DNA of 64,000 bases, from positions 3,200,001 through 3,264,000 of the forward strand of contig JASGHJ010000002.1 in assembly GCA_047602405.1 (NCBI GenBank), read 5' to 3'. The notes under the pieces are model-generated. The model did no database searches. It worked only from the letters and a program-made list of their open reading frames with translations, and was not told the DNA's origin. The stretch is from Anaeromyxobacteraceae bacterium. GTDB taxonomy: Bacteria; Myxococcota; Myxococcia; Myxococcales; Anaeromyxobacteraceae. The translations under genes and the position numbers were made by a program. Position 1 is the stretch's first letter; each line of letters starts with the position of its first letter. Of this stretch, positions 29,140 through 39,936 are shown piece after piece.

Positions 29140-31233
29140 ATGGACGCCCCTGCCCTGCCCGTCAGCTCCGCCCCCGCCCGGCCGCGCTCGTCGCTCGCCG
29201 GCCCCATCTTCTGGACCGCGGTCCGGGATGCGTTCGCGAAGCTCGACCCGCGCCACCTGCTCCGCAACCCGGTCATGTTCACGGTCGAGCTCGGGAGCGC
29301 CTTCACGACCGTGCTCTGGGTGCACGCGGTGACGACCGGCGCGGGCGACGCCCCGAGCGGCTTCATCCTCGCGGTGTCCCTCTGGCTCTGGTTCACGGTC
29401 CTCTTCGCCAACTTCGCGGAGGCGATCGCCGAAGGGCGCGGCAAGGCCCAGGCCGAGGCGCTGCGCCGGGCGCGCCGCGACGTCACGGCGCTGCGCCTCG
29501 CGTCGGCGGATCGCGGGTCCCCCCGCGAGGAGGTGGTCGCGGCCCTGCTGCGCGCCGGCGACCACGTGTGGGTCGAGCAGGGCATGACGATCCCCGGCGA
29601 CGGCGAGGTCGTGGAGGGCATCGCGTCGGTGGACGAGAGCGCCATCACCGGCGAGTCGGCGCCGGTCATCCGCGAGAGCGGCGGCGACCGGAGCGCGGTC
29701 ACCGGGGGGACCCGCGTGCTCTCCGACGGGATCGTCGTGCGGATCACCGCCGAGCCGGGCGCCTCGTTCCTCGACCGGATGATCGCCCTCGTCGAGGGCG
29801 CGAAGCGCAGGAAGACCCCGAACGAGATCGCGCTCGACATCCTGCTCGCCGGGATGACCGTGATCTTCCTGCTCGCCACCGCGACGTTGCTCCCGTTCTC
29901 GTACTTCGCCGTCCAGACCTCGGGGCAGGGTGCGCCGGTGCCGCTCACCGTGCTCGTGGCGCTCCTCGTCTGCCTCATCCCCACCACGATCGGCGGGCTC
30001 CTCTCCGCGATCGGCATCGCCGGCATGGACCGGATGATCCAGGCGAACGTCATCGCCACCTCGGGCCGGGCGGTCGAGGCCGCGGGCGACGTCGATCTCC
30101 TGCTCCTCGACAAGACGGGGACGATCACCCTCGGCAACCGCCGCGCCACCGCCTTCCTGCCCGTCTCGGGCGTGGACGACCGCACGCTCGCCGACGCGGC
30201 CCAGCTCGCCTCCCTCGCGGACGAGACGCCCGAGGGGCGCAGCATCGTCGTCCTCGCGAAGGAGCGCCACGGCCTGCGCGGCCGCGAGCTCGAGGGCGGC
30301 ACCCCGGTGCCCTTCAGCGCGCAGACCCGCATGAGCGGCGTCGACCTCTCGAGCCGCAGGCTGCGCAAGGGTGCCGCGGACGCGGTCGCGAAGTTCGTGA
30401 CCGGCGAGGCCGGCACCTTCCCGGACGAGGCCCGGCGCATCGCCGAGGACGTGGCCCGCCGCGGCGCCACGCCGCTCGTCGTCTGCGACGGCGCGCGGGT
30501 GCTCGGCGTCGTCGAGCTGAAGGACGTCGTGAAGGGAGGCATCCGGGAGAAGTTCGCCGAGCTCCGCCGGATGGGCATCCGGACCGTGATGATCACCGGC
30601 GACAACCCGCTCACCGCGGCGTCGATCGCCGCCGAGGCCGGGGTCGACGACTTCCTCGCCGAGGCCACCCCGGAGCTGAAGCTCGCCCACATCCGCCAGT
30701 GGCAGGCGAAGGGCCACCTCGTCGCCATGACCGGCGATGGGACGAACGACGCCCCCGCGCTCGCGCAGGCGGACGTCGCGGTCGCCATGAACACCGGGAC
30801 CCAGGCCGCGAAGGAGGCCGGGAACATGGTCGACCTCGACTCGAACCCGACGAAGCTCATCCAGATCGTCGAGATCGGGAAGCAGCTGCTCATGACCCGC
30901 GGCGCGCTCACCACGTTCAGCATCGCGAACGACGTCGCGAAGTACTTCGCCATCATCCCCGCCGCGTTCGCCGTCACCTACCCGGTGCTGCGCCGGCTCG
31001 ACGTCATGCACCTCAGCTCGCCGTGGAGCGCCATCCTCTCCGCGGTGATCTTCAACGCGCTCGTCATCGTCTTCCTCATCCCGCTCGCCCTGCGCGGCGT
31101 GCGCTACCGCCCGGCGCCGGCGAAGGCGATCCTCGCCCGGCATGCGCTGATCTACGGCCTGGGCGGCGTGATCGTCCCGTTCGCCGGCATCAAGGCCATC
31201 GACGTCCTCCTGGGCGTCCTCCACCTCGCGTGA
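29140..31233 (+). CDS. kdpB: K+-transporting ATPase subunit B (alternative start 29131)
   Basis: [26 protein letters not shown]. Confidence 0.97.
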   Translation: MDAPALPVSSAPARPRSSLAGPIFWTAVRDAFAKLDPRHLLRNPVMFTVELGSAFTTVLWVHAVTTGAGDAPSGFILAVSLWLWFTVLFANFAEAIAEGRGKAQAEALRRARRDVTALRLASADRGSPREEVVAALLRAGDHVWVEQGMTIPGDGEVVEGIASVDESAITGESAPVIRESGGDRSAVTGGTRVLSDGIVVRITAEPGASFLDRMIALVEGAKRRKTPNEIALDILLAGMTVIFLLATATLLPFSYFAVQTSGQGAPVPLTVLVALLVCLIPTTIGGLLSAIGIAGMDRMIQANVIATSGRAVEAAGDVDLLLLDKTGTITLGNRRATAFLPVSGVDDRTLADAAQLASLADETPEGRSIVVLAKERHGLRGRELEGGTPVPFSAQTRMSGVDLSSRRLRKGAADAVAKFVTGEAGTFPDEARRIAEDVARRGATPLVVCDGARVLGVVELKDVVKGGIREKFAELRRMGIRTVMITGDNPLTAASIAAEAGVDDFLAEATPELKLAHIRQWQAKGHLVAMTGDGTNDAPALAQADVAVAMNTGTQAAKEAGNMVDLDSNPTKLIQIVEIGKQLLMTRGALTTFSIANDVAKYFAIIPAAFAVTYPVLRRLDVMHLSSPWSAILSAVIFNALVIVFLIPLALRGVRYRPAPAKAILARHALIYGLGGVIVPFAGIKAIDVLLGVLHLA

Positions 31234-31244
31234 GGAGCACCGCC

Positions 31245-31811
31245 ATGATCCGCCCCGCCCTCGTCCTCCTCGCCTCGTTCTCGGTGCTGTGCGGCCTCGC
31301 CTATCCGGCGCTCGTCACCGGGATCGCCCAGGTGGCGTTCCCGTCCCGGGCGAACGGCAGCCCGGTCACCGCCGGCGGCCGGGTGGTCGGCTCGTCGCGC
31401 CTCGGCCAGGCGTGGGACGAGCCGCGGTACCTCTGGGGCCGGCCCTCGGCCCTCGCGCCCGTGCCGTACGACGGCCGGAGCTCCGCCGGGTCGAACCTCG
31501 GCCCGCTCAACCCCGCGCTGCTCGACGCGGTCAGGGCCAGGGTCGCGGCGCTGCGCGCGGCCGACCCGGGCAACGTCGCCCCGGTCCCGGTGGACCTCGT
31601 CACCGCCTCAGGGAGCGGCCTCGACCCCGACGTCTCCCCCGCGGCCGCGCTCTACCAGGTGCCCCGGATCGCGCGCGCGCGCGGGTTGCCCGAGGCGCGG
31701 GTGCGCGCGCTCGTCCAGGCCCACGTGGAGCCCGCCTTGCTCGGCCTCGTCGGCGCCCCGCGCGTGAACGTCCTCGCCGTCAACCTCGCCCTCGACGGGC
31801 TCGCGCCGTAG
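31245..31811 (+). CDS. kdpC: K+-transporting ATPase subunit C
   Basis: [30 protein letters not shown]. Confidence 0.95.
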   Translation: MIRPALVLLASFSVLCGLAYPALVTGIAQVAFPSRANGSPVTAGGRVVGSSRLGQAWDEPRYLWGRPSALAPVPYDGRSSAGSNLGPLNPALLDAVRARVAALRAADPGNVAPVPVDLVTASGSGLDPDVSPAAALYQVPRIARARGLPEARVRALVQAHVEPALLGLVGAPRVNVLAVNLALDGLAP

Positions 31812-31820
31812 ACTCCCACG

Positions 31821-34532
31821 GTGCACCCCGACGAGCGCCACCCGCCCGAGCGGCCGGATCCCGACGCGCTCCTCGCGCGGGTGAACGCGGCGGACGGCCG
31901 CGGCGGGCGCGCGCGCTTCAAGATCTTCTTCGGCTTCGCGCCCGGCGTCGGGAAGACCTACCGGATGCTGCAGGTGGCGCGGGACCTCGTGGCGGAGGGC
32001 GTGGACGTGGTGGTGGGCGCGGTCGAGACGCACGGCCGGTACGACACCGCGGGGCTGCTGCTGGGGCTCGAGGTGCTGCCCCGCCGCGAGCTCCCCCACC
32101 GCGGCCGCGTGCTCGAGGAGTTCGACCTCGACGCGGCGCTCGCGCGCCGGCCCCGGATCCTGCTCCTCGACGAGCTCGCCCACACGAACGCGCCCGGCTC
32201 CCGGCACACGAAGCGCTGGCAGGACGTGCTCGAGCTGCTCGACGCTGGGATCGAGGTCTACACGACGCTGAACGTCCAGCACGTCGAGAGCCTCGTCGAC
32301 GTGGTGGCGCAGATCACCCGCGTCCACGTCCGCGAGACCGTGCCCGACCGGATCCTCGAGCGGGCCGACGAGATCGGAATCGTGGACATCGCGCCCGAGG
32401 AGCTGCTCCAGCGGCTCCGGGAGGGGAAGGTCTACCTCCCCGAGCAGGCCGAGCGCGCGCGCGAGCACTTCTTCAAGCACGGCAACCTGCTCGCCCTGCG
32501 CGAGCTCGCGCTCCGCCGGATGGCGGAGCGGGTCGACGCCGACGTCCTCGCCTACCGCCGCGAGCAGGGGGTCGAGGCCGCCTGGCCCACCGCGGAGCGG
32601 CTGCTCGTCGCCGTCGGGCCGGCGCCGGACTCGGCGCGGCTCATCCGCGCCACCCGCCGGATCGCCGCGGGCCTGAGGGCCCCCTGGATCGCCGCGGCGG
32701 TCGAGGCCTCCTCGCGCCCCCCGCTCGGCGAGGAGGACCGCGAGACGCTCGAGTCGCACCTCAGGCTCGCGGAGTCGCTCGGGGGCGAGGTCGTGCGGCT
32801 CACCGGCGTCGAGGTCGCGGGCACGCTCCTCGACCACGCCCGCCACCGCAACGTCACCCGCATCGTGCTCGGGAAGCCGCGGCACCCCCGCTGGCGCGAC
32901 CTCGCCCGCGGCTCGCTCGTCGACGAGGTGATCCGCGGCTCCGGCGACATCGACGTCAACGTCATCTCCGGCGACAGCGAGCAGGGCCCGGCGCGCCCGT
33001 CCGGCGGGCCGCCGGGGCGCGTCCCGGTGTCCGGCCTCGACCTCGCCCGGGCGCTCGCCATCATCGCGGTCACCACCGCGTTCGCCCTCGGGGTGAAGGC
33101 GCTCGTCGACGTCCCCGACATCGAGATGCTGTTCCTCCTCGGCGTCATGATCGCGGCGGTGACCTCCGGCCAGGGCGCGTCCATCGCCGCCGCCGCGGTC
33201 GCGGTGGCCGCCTACGACTTCTTCTTCGTGCCGCCCCGGTTCACGTTCGCGGTGCGGGACGCGCGCTACGTCCTCACCTTCGCGATGATGTTCGGGGTGA
33301 GCCTCGTCATCGGCACGCTCACCCGCCGCCTCAGGCTGCAGCAGCTCGCCGCGGTCGGGCGCGAGCGGACCACGTCCGCGCTCTACGTGCTGACCCGCGA
33401 GCTCGGCGGCGCCGTCGACGCGCCGGACGTGGGCGGGGTCTGCGTCCGGGCGGCGGCCGAGGCGTTCGAGGCGACCGCCCTCCTCTACGCGCGGCGCGGG
33501 CGGGACGAGCTGCACCTCCTCGCCGCCTCCCCCGGCGACGCCACCCTCGCGCCCTCCGAGCTCGCCGTGGCGCGTTGGGCGATGGAGCACGGCGAGGCCG
33601 CCGGCCGGGGCACCGACACGCTGCCCGGCGAGCGCGTGGTCTGCATCCCGGTGCGGACCTCCGGCGAGGCGCTCGGGGTCCTCGCGCTCCGCACCGCCGC
33701 GGAGCGGGGCGTGGAGGCCTCCCGGCGCACCTTCCTCGAGGCCCTCGCGCGCCAGGTCGGCCTCGCCCTCGACCGGGTCCGCCTCGCCGAGGAGGCCCGC
33801 TCGGCCGCGCTCCGGGCGAGGACCGAGGAGCTGCGCAGCGGGCTGCTCTCCACCGTGTCGCACGACCTCCGCACGCCGCTCGCCGCCATCACCGGCGCGG
33901 CGACCACGCTCCGCGACGCGCCGCCCGCGGCCGCGGGCGAGCGGACCGGGCTCCTCGACGCGATCGTGGAGGAGGCCGAGCGGCTCGAGCGGCTCGTGGC
34001 GAACCTGCTCGACATGACGAAGCTCGAGTCGGGCACCGTCGAGCCGAGGAGCGAGTGGGTCCCGCTCGTCGAGGTCGTGGGCGGCGCGCTCGTGCGCCTC
34101 GAGGCCCGGCTCGCCGGCCGCCCGGTCGCGACCTCGGTGCCGGACGATCTGCCGCTCGTGAAGCTCGACCCGGTGCTCGTCGAGCAGCTGCTCGTGAACC
34201 TGCTCGAGAACGCGCTGAAGTACACGCCCGCGGGGAGCCCCATCGCGCTCTCCGCCCGGCGCGAGGGCGGCACCCTCGTCGTCGACGTCGCGGACCGCGG
34301 CCCCGGCCTCGCGCCCGGCGAGGAGGAGCGCATCTTCGAGCGCTTCCACCGGGGCGCGCACGCGGGCGTCCGCGGCGCCGGGCTCGGGCTCCCGATCGCC
34401 CGCGCCATCGCGCAGGTCCACGGGGGCCGCCTCACCGCGGCGAACCGCCCGGGCGGCGGCGCCGTCTTCCGCCTGGTGCTCCCGGCGGGCGATGCTCCCC
34501 CCGTGACGCCCCCCGCCCCGGAGGCCGCATGA
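31821..34532 (+). CDS. kdpD: Sensor histidine kinase KdpD
   Basis: GFAPGVGKTY, DELAHTN, USP, TM region, GAF, SHDLRTPL, GAGLGL. Confidence 0.96.
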   Translation: MHPDERHPPERPDPDALLARVNAADGRGGRARFKIFFGFAPGVGKTYRMLQVARDLVAEGVDVVVGAVETHGRYDTAGLLLGLEVLPRRELPHRGRVLEEFDLDAALARRPRILLLDELAHTNAPGSRHTKRWQDVLELLDAGIEVYTTLNVQHVESLVDVVAQITRVHVRETVPDRILERADEIGIVDIAPEELLQRLREGKVYLPEQAERAREHFFKHGNLLALRELALRRMAERVDADVLAYRREQGVEAAWPTAERLLVAVGPAPDSARLIRATRRIAAGLRAPWIAAAVEASSRPPLGEEDRETLESHLRLAESLGGEVVRLTGVEVAGTLLDHARHRNVTRIVLGKPRHPRWRDLARGSLVDEVIRGSGDIDVNVISGDSEQGPARPSGGPPGRVPVSGLDLARALAIIAVTTAFALGVKALVDVPDIEMLFLLGVMIAAVTSGQGASIAAAAVAVAAYDFFFVPPRFTFAVRDARYVLTFAMMFGVSLVIGTLTRRLRLQQLAAVGRERTTSALYVLTRELGGAVDAPDVGGVCVRAAAEAFEATALLYARRGRDELHLLAASPGDATLAPSELAVARWAMEHGEAAGRGTDTLPGERVVCIPVRTSGEALGVLALRTAAERGVEASRRTFLEALARQVGLALDRVRLAEEARSAALRARTEELRSGLLSTVSHDLRTPLAAITGAATTLRDAPPAAAGERTGLLDAIVEEAERLERLVANLLDMTKLESGTVEPRSEWVPLVEVVGGALVRLEARLAGRPVATSVPDDLPLVKLDPVLVEQLLVNLLENALKYTPAGSPIALSARREGGTLVVDVADRGPGLAPGEEERIFERFHRGAHAGVRGAGLGLPIARAIAQVHGGRLTAANRPGGGAVFRLVLPAGDAPPVTPPAPEAA

Positions 34533-35227
34533 GCACGGACGGCCCGGTCGTCCTCGTCGTCGAGGACGAGCCCCAGCTCGTGCGGTTCCTGCGCGCGGCG
34601 CTGCAGGTGAGCTACCGCCTCGTGGAGGCGTCCTCCGTGAAGGAGGCCGAGCAGCTCGCGCCCGGGCACAACCCGGACCTCTTCCTGCTCGACCTCGGGC
34701 TCCCCGACGGCGACGGCGTCGAGCTCGCGCGGCGCCTGCGCGAGTGGACCCAGGCCCCGATCATCGTGCTCTCGGCCCGCGGGCGCGAGGAGGACAAGGT
34801 GCGGGCGCTCGACGCCGGCGCCGACGACTACCTCACGAAGCCCTTCGGCGTCGCGGAGCTCCTCGCGCGCATGCGGGTCGCGCTCCGCCACGCCGCGCGC
34901 CCCGAGGGCAGCGCCGCCGGGCCGATCCAGGTGGGGCCGCTCGAGGTGGACCTCGCCCGCCGCGAGGTCCGGGTGGACGGGGGTGAGGTCCGGCTCACGC
35001 CGACCGAGTGGAAGCTCCTCGCCCTGTTCGCGCGGCACGCCGGGAAGGTGCTCACCCACGGCCAGATCCTCCGCGAGGTGTGGGGCCCGAACGCGACCGA
35101 GGTCCACGTCGCGCGCGTGCACGTGGCGGAGCTCCGCAAGAAGCTCGAGGCCGACCCCGCGCGGCCGCGGCTCCTCGTCACCGAGCCCGGCGTCGGGTAC
35201 CGGCTGCGGGACCGGGTGGAGGGGTGA
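34529..35227 (+). CDS. kdpE: Response regulator KdpE (OmpR family)
   Basis: VVEDE, LDLGLPDGDG, GADDYLTKPF, TEPGVGY. Confidence 0.95.
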   Translation: MSTDGPVVLVVEDEPQLVRFLRAALQVSYRLVEASSVKEAEQLAPGHNPDLFLLDLGLPDGDGVELARRLREWTQAPIIVLSARGREEDKVRALDAGADDYLTKPFGVAELLARMRVALRHAARPEGSAAGPIQVGPLEVDLARREVRVDGGEVRLTPTEWKLLALFARHAGKVLTHGQILREVWGPNATEVHVARVHVAELRKKLEADPARPRLLVTEPGVGYRLRDRVEG

Positions 35228-35229
35228 AC

Positions 35230-36687
35230 ATGCGAAGGCTCTTCGTCCTCTGGCTCCTCGTCCTCGCCGCCTGCGGCGGGAAGGACTCCGGCCCCAATCC
35301 CCTCTACGACGTCTCCTCCGCCCCGGCCCGCTACCGCGCCGTCGCCGAGGCGTTCGCGAAGGAGGCGAAGGCGTCCGGCGCCCCGGGCGCCGTCCTCGGG
35401 ATCGTCGAGGACGGGAAGCTCGCCTACGCGGTGGGCGTCGGCAGGAAGGACCCGCGGGGCGCCGCCCGGATGGGCGCGGACACGCTCCTCCGGATCGGCT
35501 CGTGCACGAAGATGATGACCGCGCTCGCGGTCCTGCAGGAGGTGCAGGCCGGCCGGCTCGGGCTCGACGACGCGGTGGCCTCGCGCGTCCCCGGGTTCCA
35601 CCTGAAGGCGGACGATGTCTCCGGGATCACCGTCCGCCAGCTCCTCGAGCACGCGAGCGGGATCGCCGAGTACCTCGAGATCGACGCGAGCGCCGCGGAG
35701 CGCACCGACGCCGCGCTCGGGGCCTTCTTCTCGGGGCGCTTCGCCGACCTCGGCTACCTCTCCTCGCCGCCCGGGCGCTTCTACAACTACTCGAACCCCG
35801 GCTACATGCTCGCCGGGCTCGCCGCCGAGACGACCTCCGGCCTCCCCTACCGGCAGCTCCTCGAGGAGCGGGTGCTCGCGCCGCTCGGGATGACCCGCAC
35901 CTTCCTCCTGCCGGCGGACGTCCTCGGCGACGGCGACTTCGCGGTGGCGAGGACGGGCGCCGGCCTCTCGGCCGCGTACGTCGAGCCCGGCGCCTACGAC
36001 AACGGGTGGGCCCGGCCGGCCGGCTACGCCTGGTCGAGCGTGGCGGACCTCGCGCGGTTCGCGGCCTTCGTCATGGACGGCGCCCCCGGCGTGCTGTCGC
36101 CGCAGCTGCACACGCTCATGACCTCGCCGAGCCGCGACACGCAGGAGCTCCTCGACCTCGTGCACTACGGCTACGGCCTGCAGGAGCTCGACGGCTTCGG
36201 CCTCGCGAGCGGCTGGTACGGCGTGAAGGTGCTCGCGCACGACGGCTCGATCCCGGGCTTCTCGGCGAACGTGTTCACGCTGCCGACCCTGCGGTTCGGC
36301 GTGATCACGCTCGCGAGCGGGGACGGCGTGCGCTTCGACGGGACGCTCGTGGCCGCGCTCTCCGCGCTGCCCGCCCTCCCCGCGCCCACGACGGCGCCGA
36401 CGTTCACGCCGGACGTGGGCACCTTCGGCGAGGAGGCGGGCACCTACGAGGACCCGCACTTCGCCGGCACGGTGACCGTCACCTTCGTGAACGGCGAGCT
36501 GCGGGTGAGCATCCCCGAGGCCACCGCGGCGGGGTACGTCTACGACCCCGTGCTCGTCCCGCTGTCGCCCCGCAACTTCCTGCTCCGGATCGCCGGCACG
36601 ACGACGCAGGTCACCTTCATCCACGAGGGCCCGGGCCAGCCCACCTGGCTGCGCACGCGCGAGTTCGTCGCCCGGCGGGCGCCGTGA
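35230..36687 (+). CDS. Beta-lactamase-family serine hydrolase lipoprotein
   Basis: Lipobox LAAC; SCTK, YSN, HDGS. Confidence 0.87.
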   Translation: MRRLFVLWLLVLAACGGKDSGPNPLYDVSSAPARYRAVAEAFAKEAKASGAPGAVLGIVEDGKLAYAVGVGRKDPRGAARMGADTLLRIGSCTKMMTALAVLQEVQAGRLGLDDAVASRVPGFHLKADDVSGITVRQLLEHASGIAEYLEIDASAAERTDAALGAFFSGRFADLGYLSSPPGRFYNYSNPGYMLAGLAAETTSGLPYRQLLEERVLAPLGMTRTFLLPADVLGDGDFAVARTGAGLSAAYVEPGAYDNGWARPAGYAWSSVADLARFAAFVMDGAPGVLSPQLHTLMTSPSRDTQELLDLVHYGYGLQELDGFGLASGWYGVKVLAHDGSIPGFSANVFTLPTLRFGVITLASGDGVRFDGTLVAALSALPALPAPTTAPTFTPDVGTFGEEAGTYEDPHFAGTVTVTFVNGELRVSIPEATAAGYVYDPVLVPLSPRNFLLRIAGTTTQVTFIHEGPGQPTWLRTREFVARRAP

Positions 36688-36739
36688 ACGCCCACCTCGG
36701 GCCCGTCGGGCCGGCGCCCTTGGAAGGACGAGCGCCGGC

Positions 36740-37967
36740 TCAGACCTCCAGCGCCGCCGCCCGCGCCTCGAGCCAGGCCCGCTCGGCGCCGTTGCGCGCC
36801 ATCGAGGCCGCGCGCCGGTAGGCCTCGGTGGCCTCCGACAGGCGGCCCAGGTCCTCGAGCAGCCGGGCCCGGACCGCGGGCAGCCGGTGGTAGTCGGCGA
36901 GCGCGGCCTGCCCGGCGAGGCGGTCGACCTCGGCGAGTGCCGCGAGCGGCCCGCGCACGCGCGCGAGCGCCACCGCGCGGGCGAGCGCCGCGACCGGCGA
37001 GGGCGCCATCCGGAGCAGCACGTCGTAGAGCCCGAGGATCTCCTCCCAGCCGGTCTCCGCGGGCGTGGGCGCGCGCGCGTGGAGCGCGGCGATGGCGGCC
37101 TGCACGACGTACGGCCCCGGCCGGTGGAGCGCCAGCGCCCGCTCGAGGAGCGCCTCGCCGCGGGCGACGGCCACCCGGTCCCAGCGCGTGCGGTCCTGCT
37201 CCTCGATGGGCACGAGCCGGCCCGCCTCGTCGGTCCGGGCCCCGGCGCGGGAGGCCTGCAGCTCGAGGAGCGCCGCGAGCCCGAGCACCTCCGGCTCGCC
37301 GGGCAGGAGCTCCGCCGCGCGCCGCGCGAGGTGGAGCGCGGTGCGGGACATCTCGGCGCGCACGAGCGCGTCGCCCTCGGTCGCGGTGTAGCCCTCGTTG
37401 AACACGAGGTAGACGGTCTCGAGCACCGCGGGCAGCCGCTCCGGCAGCTCGGCCGCCCCGGGGACCTCGTAGCGGATCCCGCGCTCGGCGAGGAGGCGCT
37501 GCGCGCGGACGATGCGCTGGGCCACGGTGGCCTCGCGCTCGAGGTGCGCGCGGGCGATTCTGGGGCACCGTGAGCCCGCACAGGACCTTGAGCGCGAGCG
37601 CGACGCGGGCCTCCCGGGAGAGCGCGGGGTGGCAGGCGGTGAAGACGAGCCGGAGGAGGTCGTCCGGCACGGGCTCCGGGAGCACCGCGTCGACCGCGGG
37701 CTCGTCGCCGCGCGCGAGCCCTGCCCGCCGGACGCGCTGGCCCTCCCTCCTCCGGGAGCGCAAGGCGTCGAGCGCGAGCCTTCGCGCGACGGTCATGAGC
37801 CAGCCGCCGGGGTTCGCGGGCGGGGCCTCCTTCCAGGACTCGAGCGCCCGCGCCCGCGCCTCCTGCAGCACGTCCTCGGCCGCCGCGAGGTCGCCGAGGA
37901 GGCGCGCCACGTGCGCGAGCACCTGCGGCCCGGCCTCGACGAGCGCCCGCTCCGGCGCGGCGCTCAC
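36740..37967 (-). CDS. ECF sigma factor with TPR-like C-terminal extension (ECF42-like), +1 frameshift near 37558
   Basis: AEDVLQEA, LRLVFTACHPAL, AQRIVRA, YLVFNEGY, QAAIAALH. Confidence 0.9.
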
Positions 37968-38251
37968 CCGACCACCTCGCCGTCGGCGGCGATCGCGAGG
38001 ATCCGGACCGGCCCCGGCCCGCTCGCCGCGAGCGCGAGCGCCGCCCGCTCGTCCTCCGCCTCCACCACGAACACCGCCGGCTCCGCGCGCGCCGGCGCCA
38101 CCGTCACCACGCCGCCGTCGCGCGCGAGGTGCAGCGCGCCCGCCGCGGTGAGCCCGCCGGCGCGCAGCGCCCCGCTCGCCGCCTGGCACGCGGCCCAGGC
38201 GACGAGCGGCTCGCGCGCGGCATCCTCGTAGAGGAGGACGAAGCGCGGCAT
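37964..38251 (-). CDS. Degenerate YCII-related protein
   Basis: MPRFVLL, ALALAASGP resemble the neighbour; no DGPF. Confidence 0.55.
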   Translation of the reverse strand: MPRFVLLYEDAAREPLVAWAACQAASGALRAGGLTAAGALHLARDGGVVTVAPARAEPAVFVVEAEDERAALALAASGPGPVRILAIAADGEVVG

Positions 38252-38254
38252 CGG

Positions 38255-38608
38255 CTACCCCGGCATCGGCTTCACGGCGTAGAGCTCGATCGTGCCGGTG
38301 CGCGCGCCGGGGCACTTCGCGGCGAGCGCGAGGGCCTCCTCGCGCGTCTCGGCGTCGAAGAGGTAGTAGCCGCCCACCACCTCCTTCACCTCCGTGAACG
38401 GGCCGTCGGTCACGCGGGGCTTCCCGTCGCGGACGCGGACGCGCGCCGCCATCGAGGACGGGTGGAGCTCGTCGCCCGAGACGTTCCTCGCCTTCTTCGC
38501 GAGCTCCTCGGAGTACGCGCCGTACTGCTCGTACATCGCGGCCATGTCCTTCTCGGTGAGCTTCGCCCACTGCTGCTCGTCGCCCAGGATCAGCATCAGG
38601 TAGCGCAT
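38255..38608 (-). CDS. YCII-related (DGPF) protein
   Basis: MRYLMLI, VTDGPFTEVKEVVGGYY. Confidence 0.92.
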   Translation of the reverse strand: MRYLMLILGDEQQWAKLTEKDMAAMYEQYGAYSEELAKKARNVSGDELHPSSMAARVRVRDGKPRVTDGPFTEVKEVVGGYYLFDAETREEALALAAKCPGARTGTIELYAVKPMPG

Positions 38609-38709
38609 GTGTCGGTCCTTCCGGTGAGGGTTCGTGGAGCCTGACGGCGGCGGGGGGCGCGGATCGACGTCCCTGTTGGGGAGGCCTGCCGGTGCTAGGC
38701 TCCGGGGGA

Positions 38710-39936
38710 ATGCGCCTCGCCGCCCTGCTCGCCCTCCTCGTCCCCGCCGCCGCGCTCGCGAACGGCGGGCCGGTCGCCTGGACCCTCCCCTCCGGCACCG
38801 GGACGCTCGCGCCCATCGAGGAGTCGCGCGTCACGCTCGTTTCGGAGAAGCTCACCATCCGGCTCGAGGACGACGGGAGCCGCTTCCGCGCGCGGGCGGA
38901 GTACGTGCTCTCGAACCCGGGCCCGCCGGCCACGGTGAAGTACGGCGTGCCGGTGTTCTGGCTCGAGGAGGGCGAGTACGGCGAGGCGGGACCCGCCCCG
39001 CGGCCCACCTCGATCGAGGACGTGGTCATCCTCCTCGGCGACGAGCGCCCACGCTGCGCGCTCGAGGATTCGCGGTGGGTTGACCCGGAGCAGCCGGGGC
39101 TCGGCGGGACGGCGTGGTGCACGGCGACCCTCACCATCCCCTCCGGAGCCGCGGTGCCCCTCACGCTCGAGGTCCGCGGCTGGTACCGCTTCACCGACAT
39201 GGCGTACTCGAAGAGCGTCTTCACCGAGTTCGGCGAGCGGACGCTCCGCTGGGAGCTCGCGCCCGCAGGGCACTGGGCCGGGCGCCCGTCCCTCACGATT
39301 GAGATCGACCCGGGCCGCTGGGGTGATCGGTTCCGGGTCGACGCACCCGCCGGGTTCGGGCGCCGCGGGAGCACGCTCACGTTCTCGTCGCCGGCCGCCG
39401 ACCTGAAGGCGCTCGACGCCGTCACGGGCAAGCTCGCCGCGAGGCCCGCGCTCGCGGCGGCGGAGCGCTGGCGGGCGAAGGCGGCCCCCGCGACGAAGGT
39501 GCGGGTCTCGAGCACCCTCCCGGCGCGAGGCGGCCTCCGCTACGACGCCGGGAACCTGCTCGACGGTGACCCGTCCACGGCGTGGTGCGCCGCCCGGGGC
39601 GCGAAGGGGCCTCCCTTCATCGAGCTCGCGCTCCCCGCGGCCGAGGGCTGCTGGTTCGAGCTCGTGCTCGTCCCCGGCTACGCGAAGTCCCCGAAGGCGT
39701 GGCTCGCGAACGGGAGGATCCGCGCCGTGCGCCACGGTCCCTGCGGCCGGCCGGCCGCCGCCACCGCGGTCATCGCCGTCCCCGCGATCGCGCACTGGGA
39801 CGAGGCGGCCTTCGATCTGCCCGCGGGGATCCTGGCCACGGAGTCTTGCGTCCGCCTCGAGCTCACCGGGATCGACCCCGGGCCGGACGGCGACGTCTGC
39901 GTCAGCGAGCTCAAGCCCATCCGGAGCTGCGGGTGA
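38710..39936 (+). CDS. Secreted protein, DUF4424-like N-terminus + discoidin/glycan-binding-like C-terminus
   Basis: Signal peptide/ANGG, LVSEKLTI, YDAGNLLDGDPSTAWC, PGYAKS, CVSEL. Confidence 0.65.
   Translation: MRLAALLALLVPAAALANGGPVAWTLPSGTGTLAPIEESRVTLVSEKLTIRLEDDGSRFRARAEYVLSNPGPPATVKYGVPVFWLEEGEYGEAGPAPRPTSIEDVVILLGDERPRCALEDSRWVDPEQPGLGGTAWCTATLTIPSGAAVPLTLEVRGWYRFTDMAYSKSVFTEFGERTLRWELAPAGHWAGRPSLTIEIDPGRWGDRFRVDAPAGFGRRGSTLTFSSPAADLKALDAVTGKLAARPALAAAERWRAKAAPATKVRVSSTLPARGGLRYDAGNLLDGDPSTAWCAARGAKGPPFIELALPAAEGCWFELVLVPGYAKSPKAWLANGRIRAVRHGPCGRPAAATAVIAVPAIAHWDEAAFDLPAGILATESCVRLELTGIDPGPDGDVCVSELKPIRSCG

Noticed and set aside
27294..31811. 1505-aa KdpA-KdpC fusion ORF
   Set aside because: Artefact of the kdpA frameshift reading through a stop-free shadow frame of kdpB
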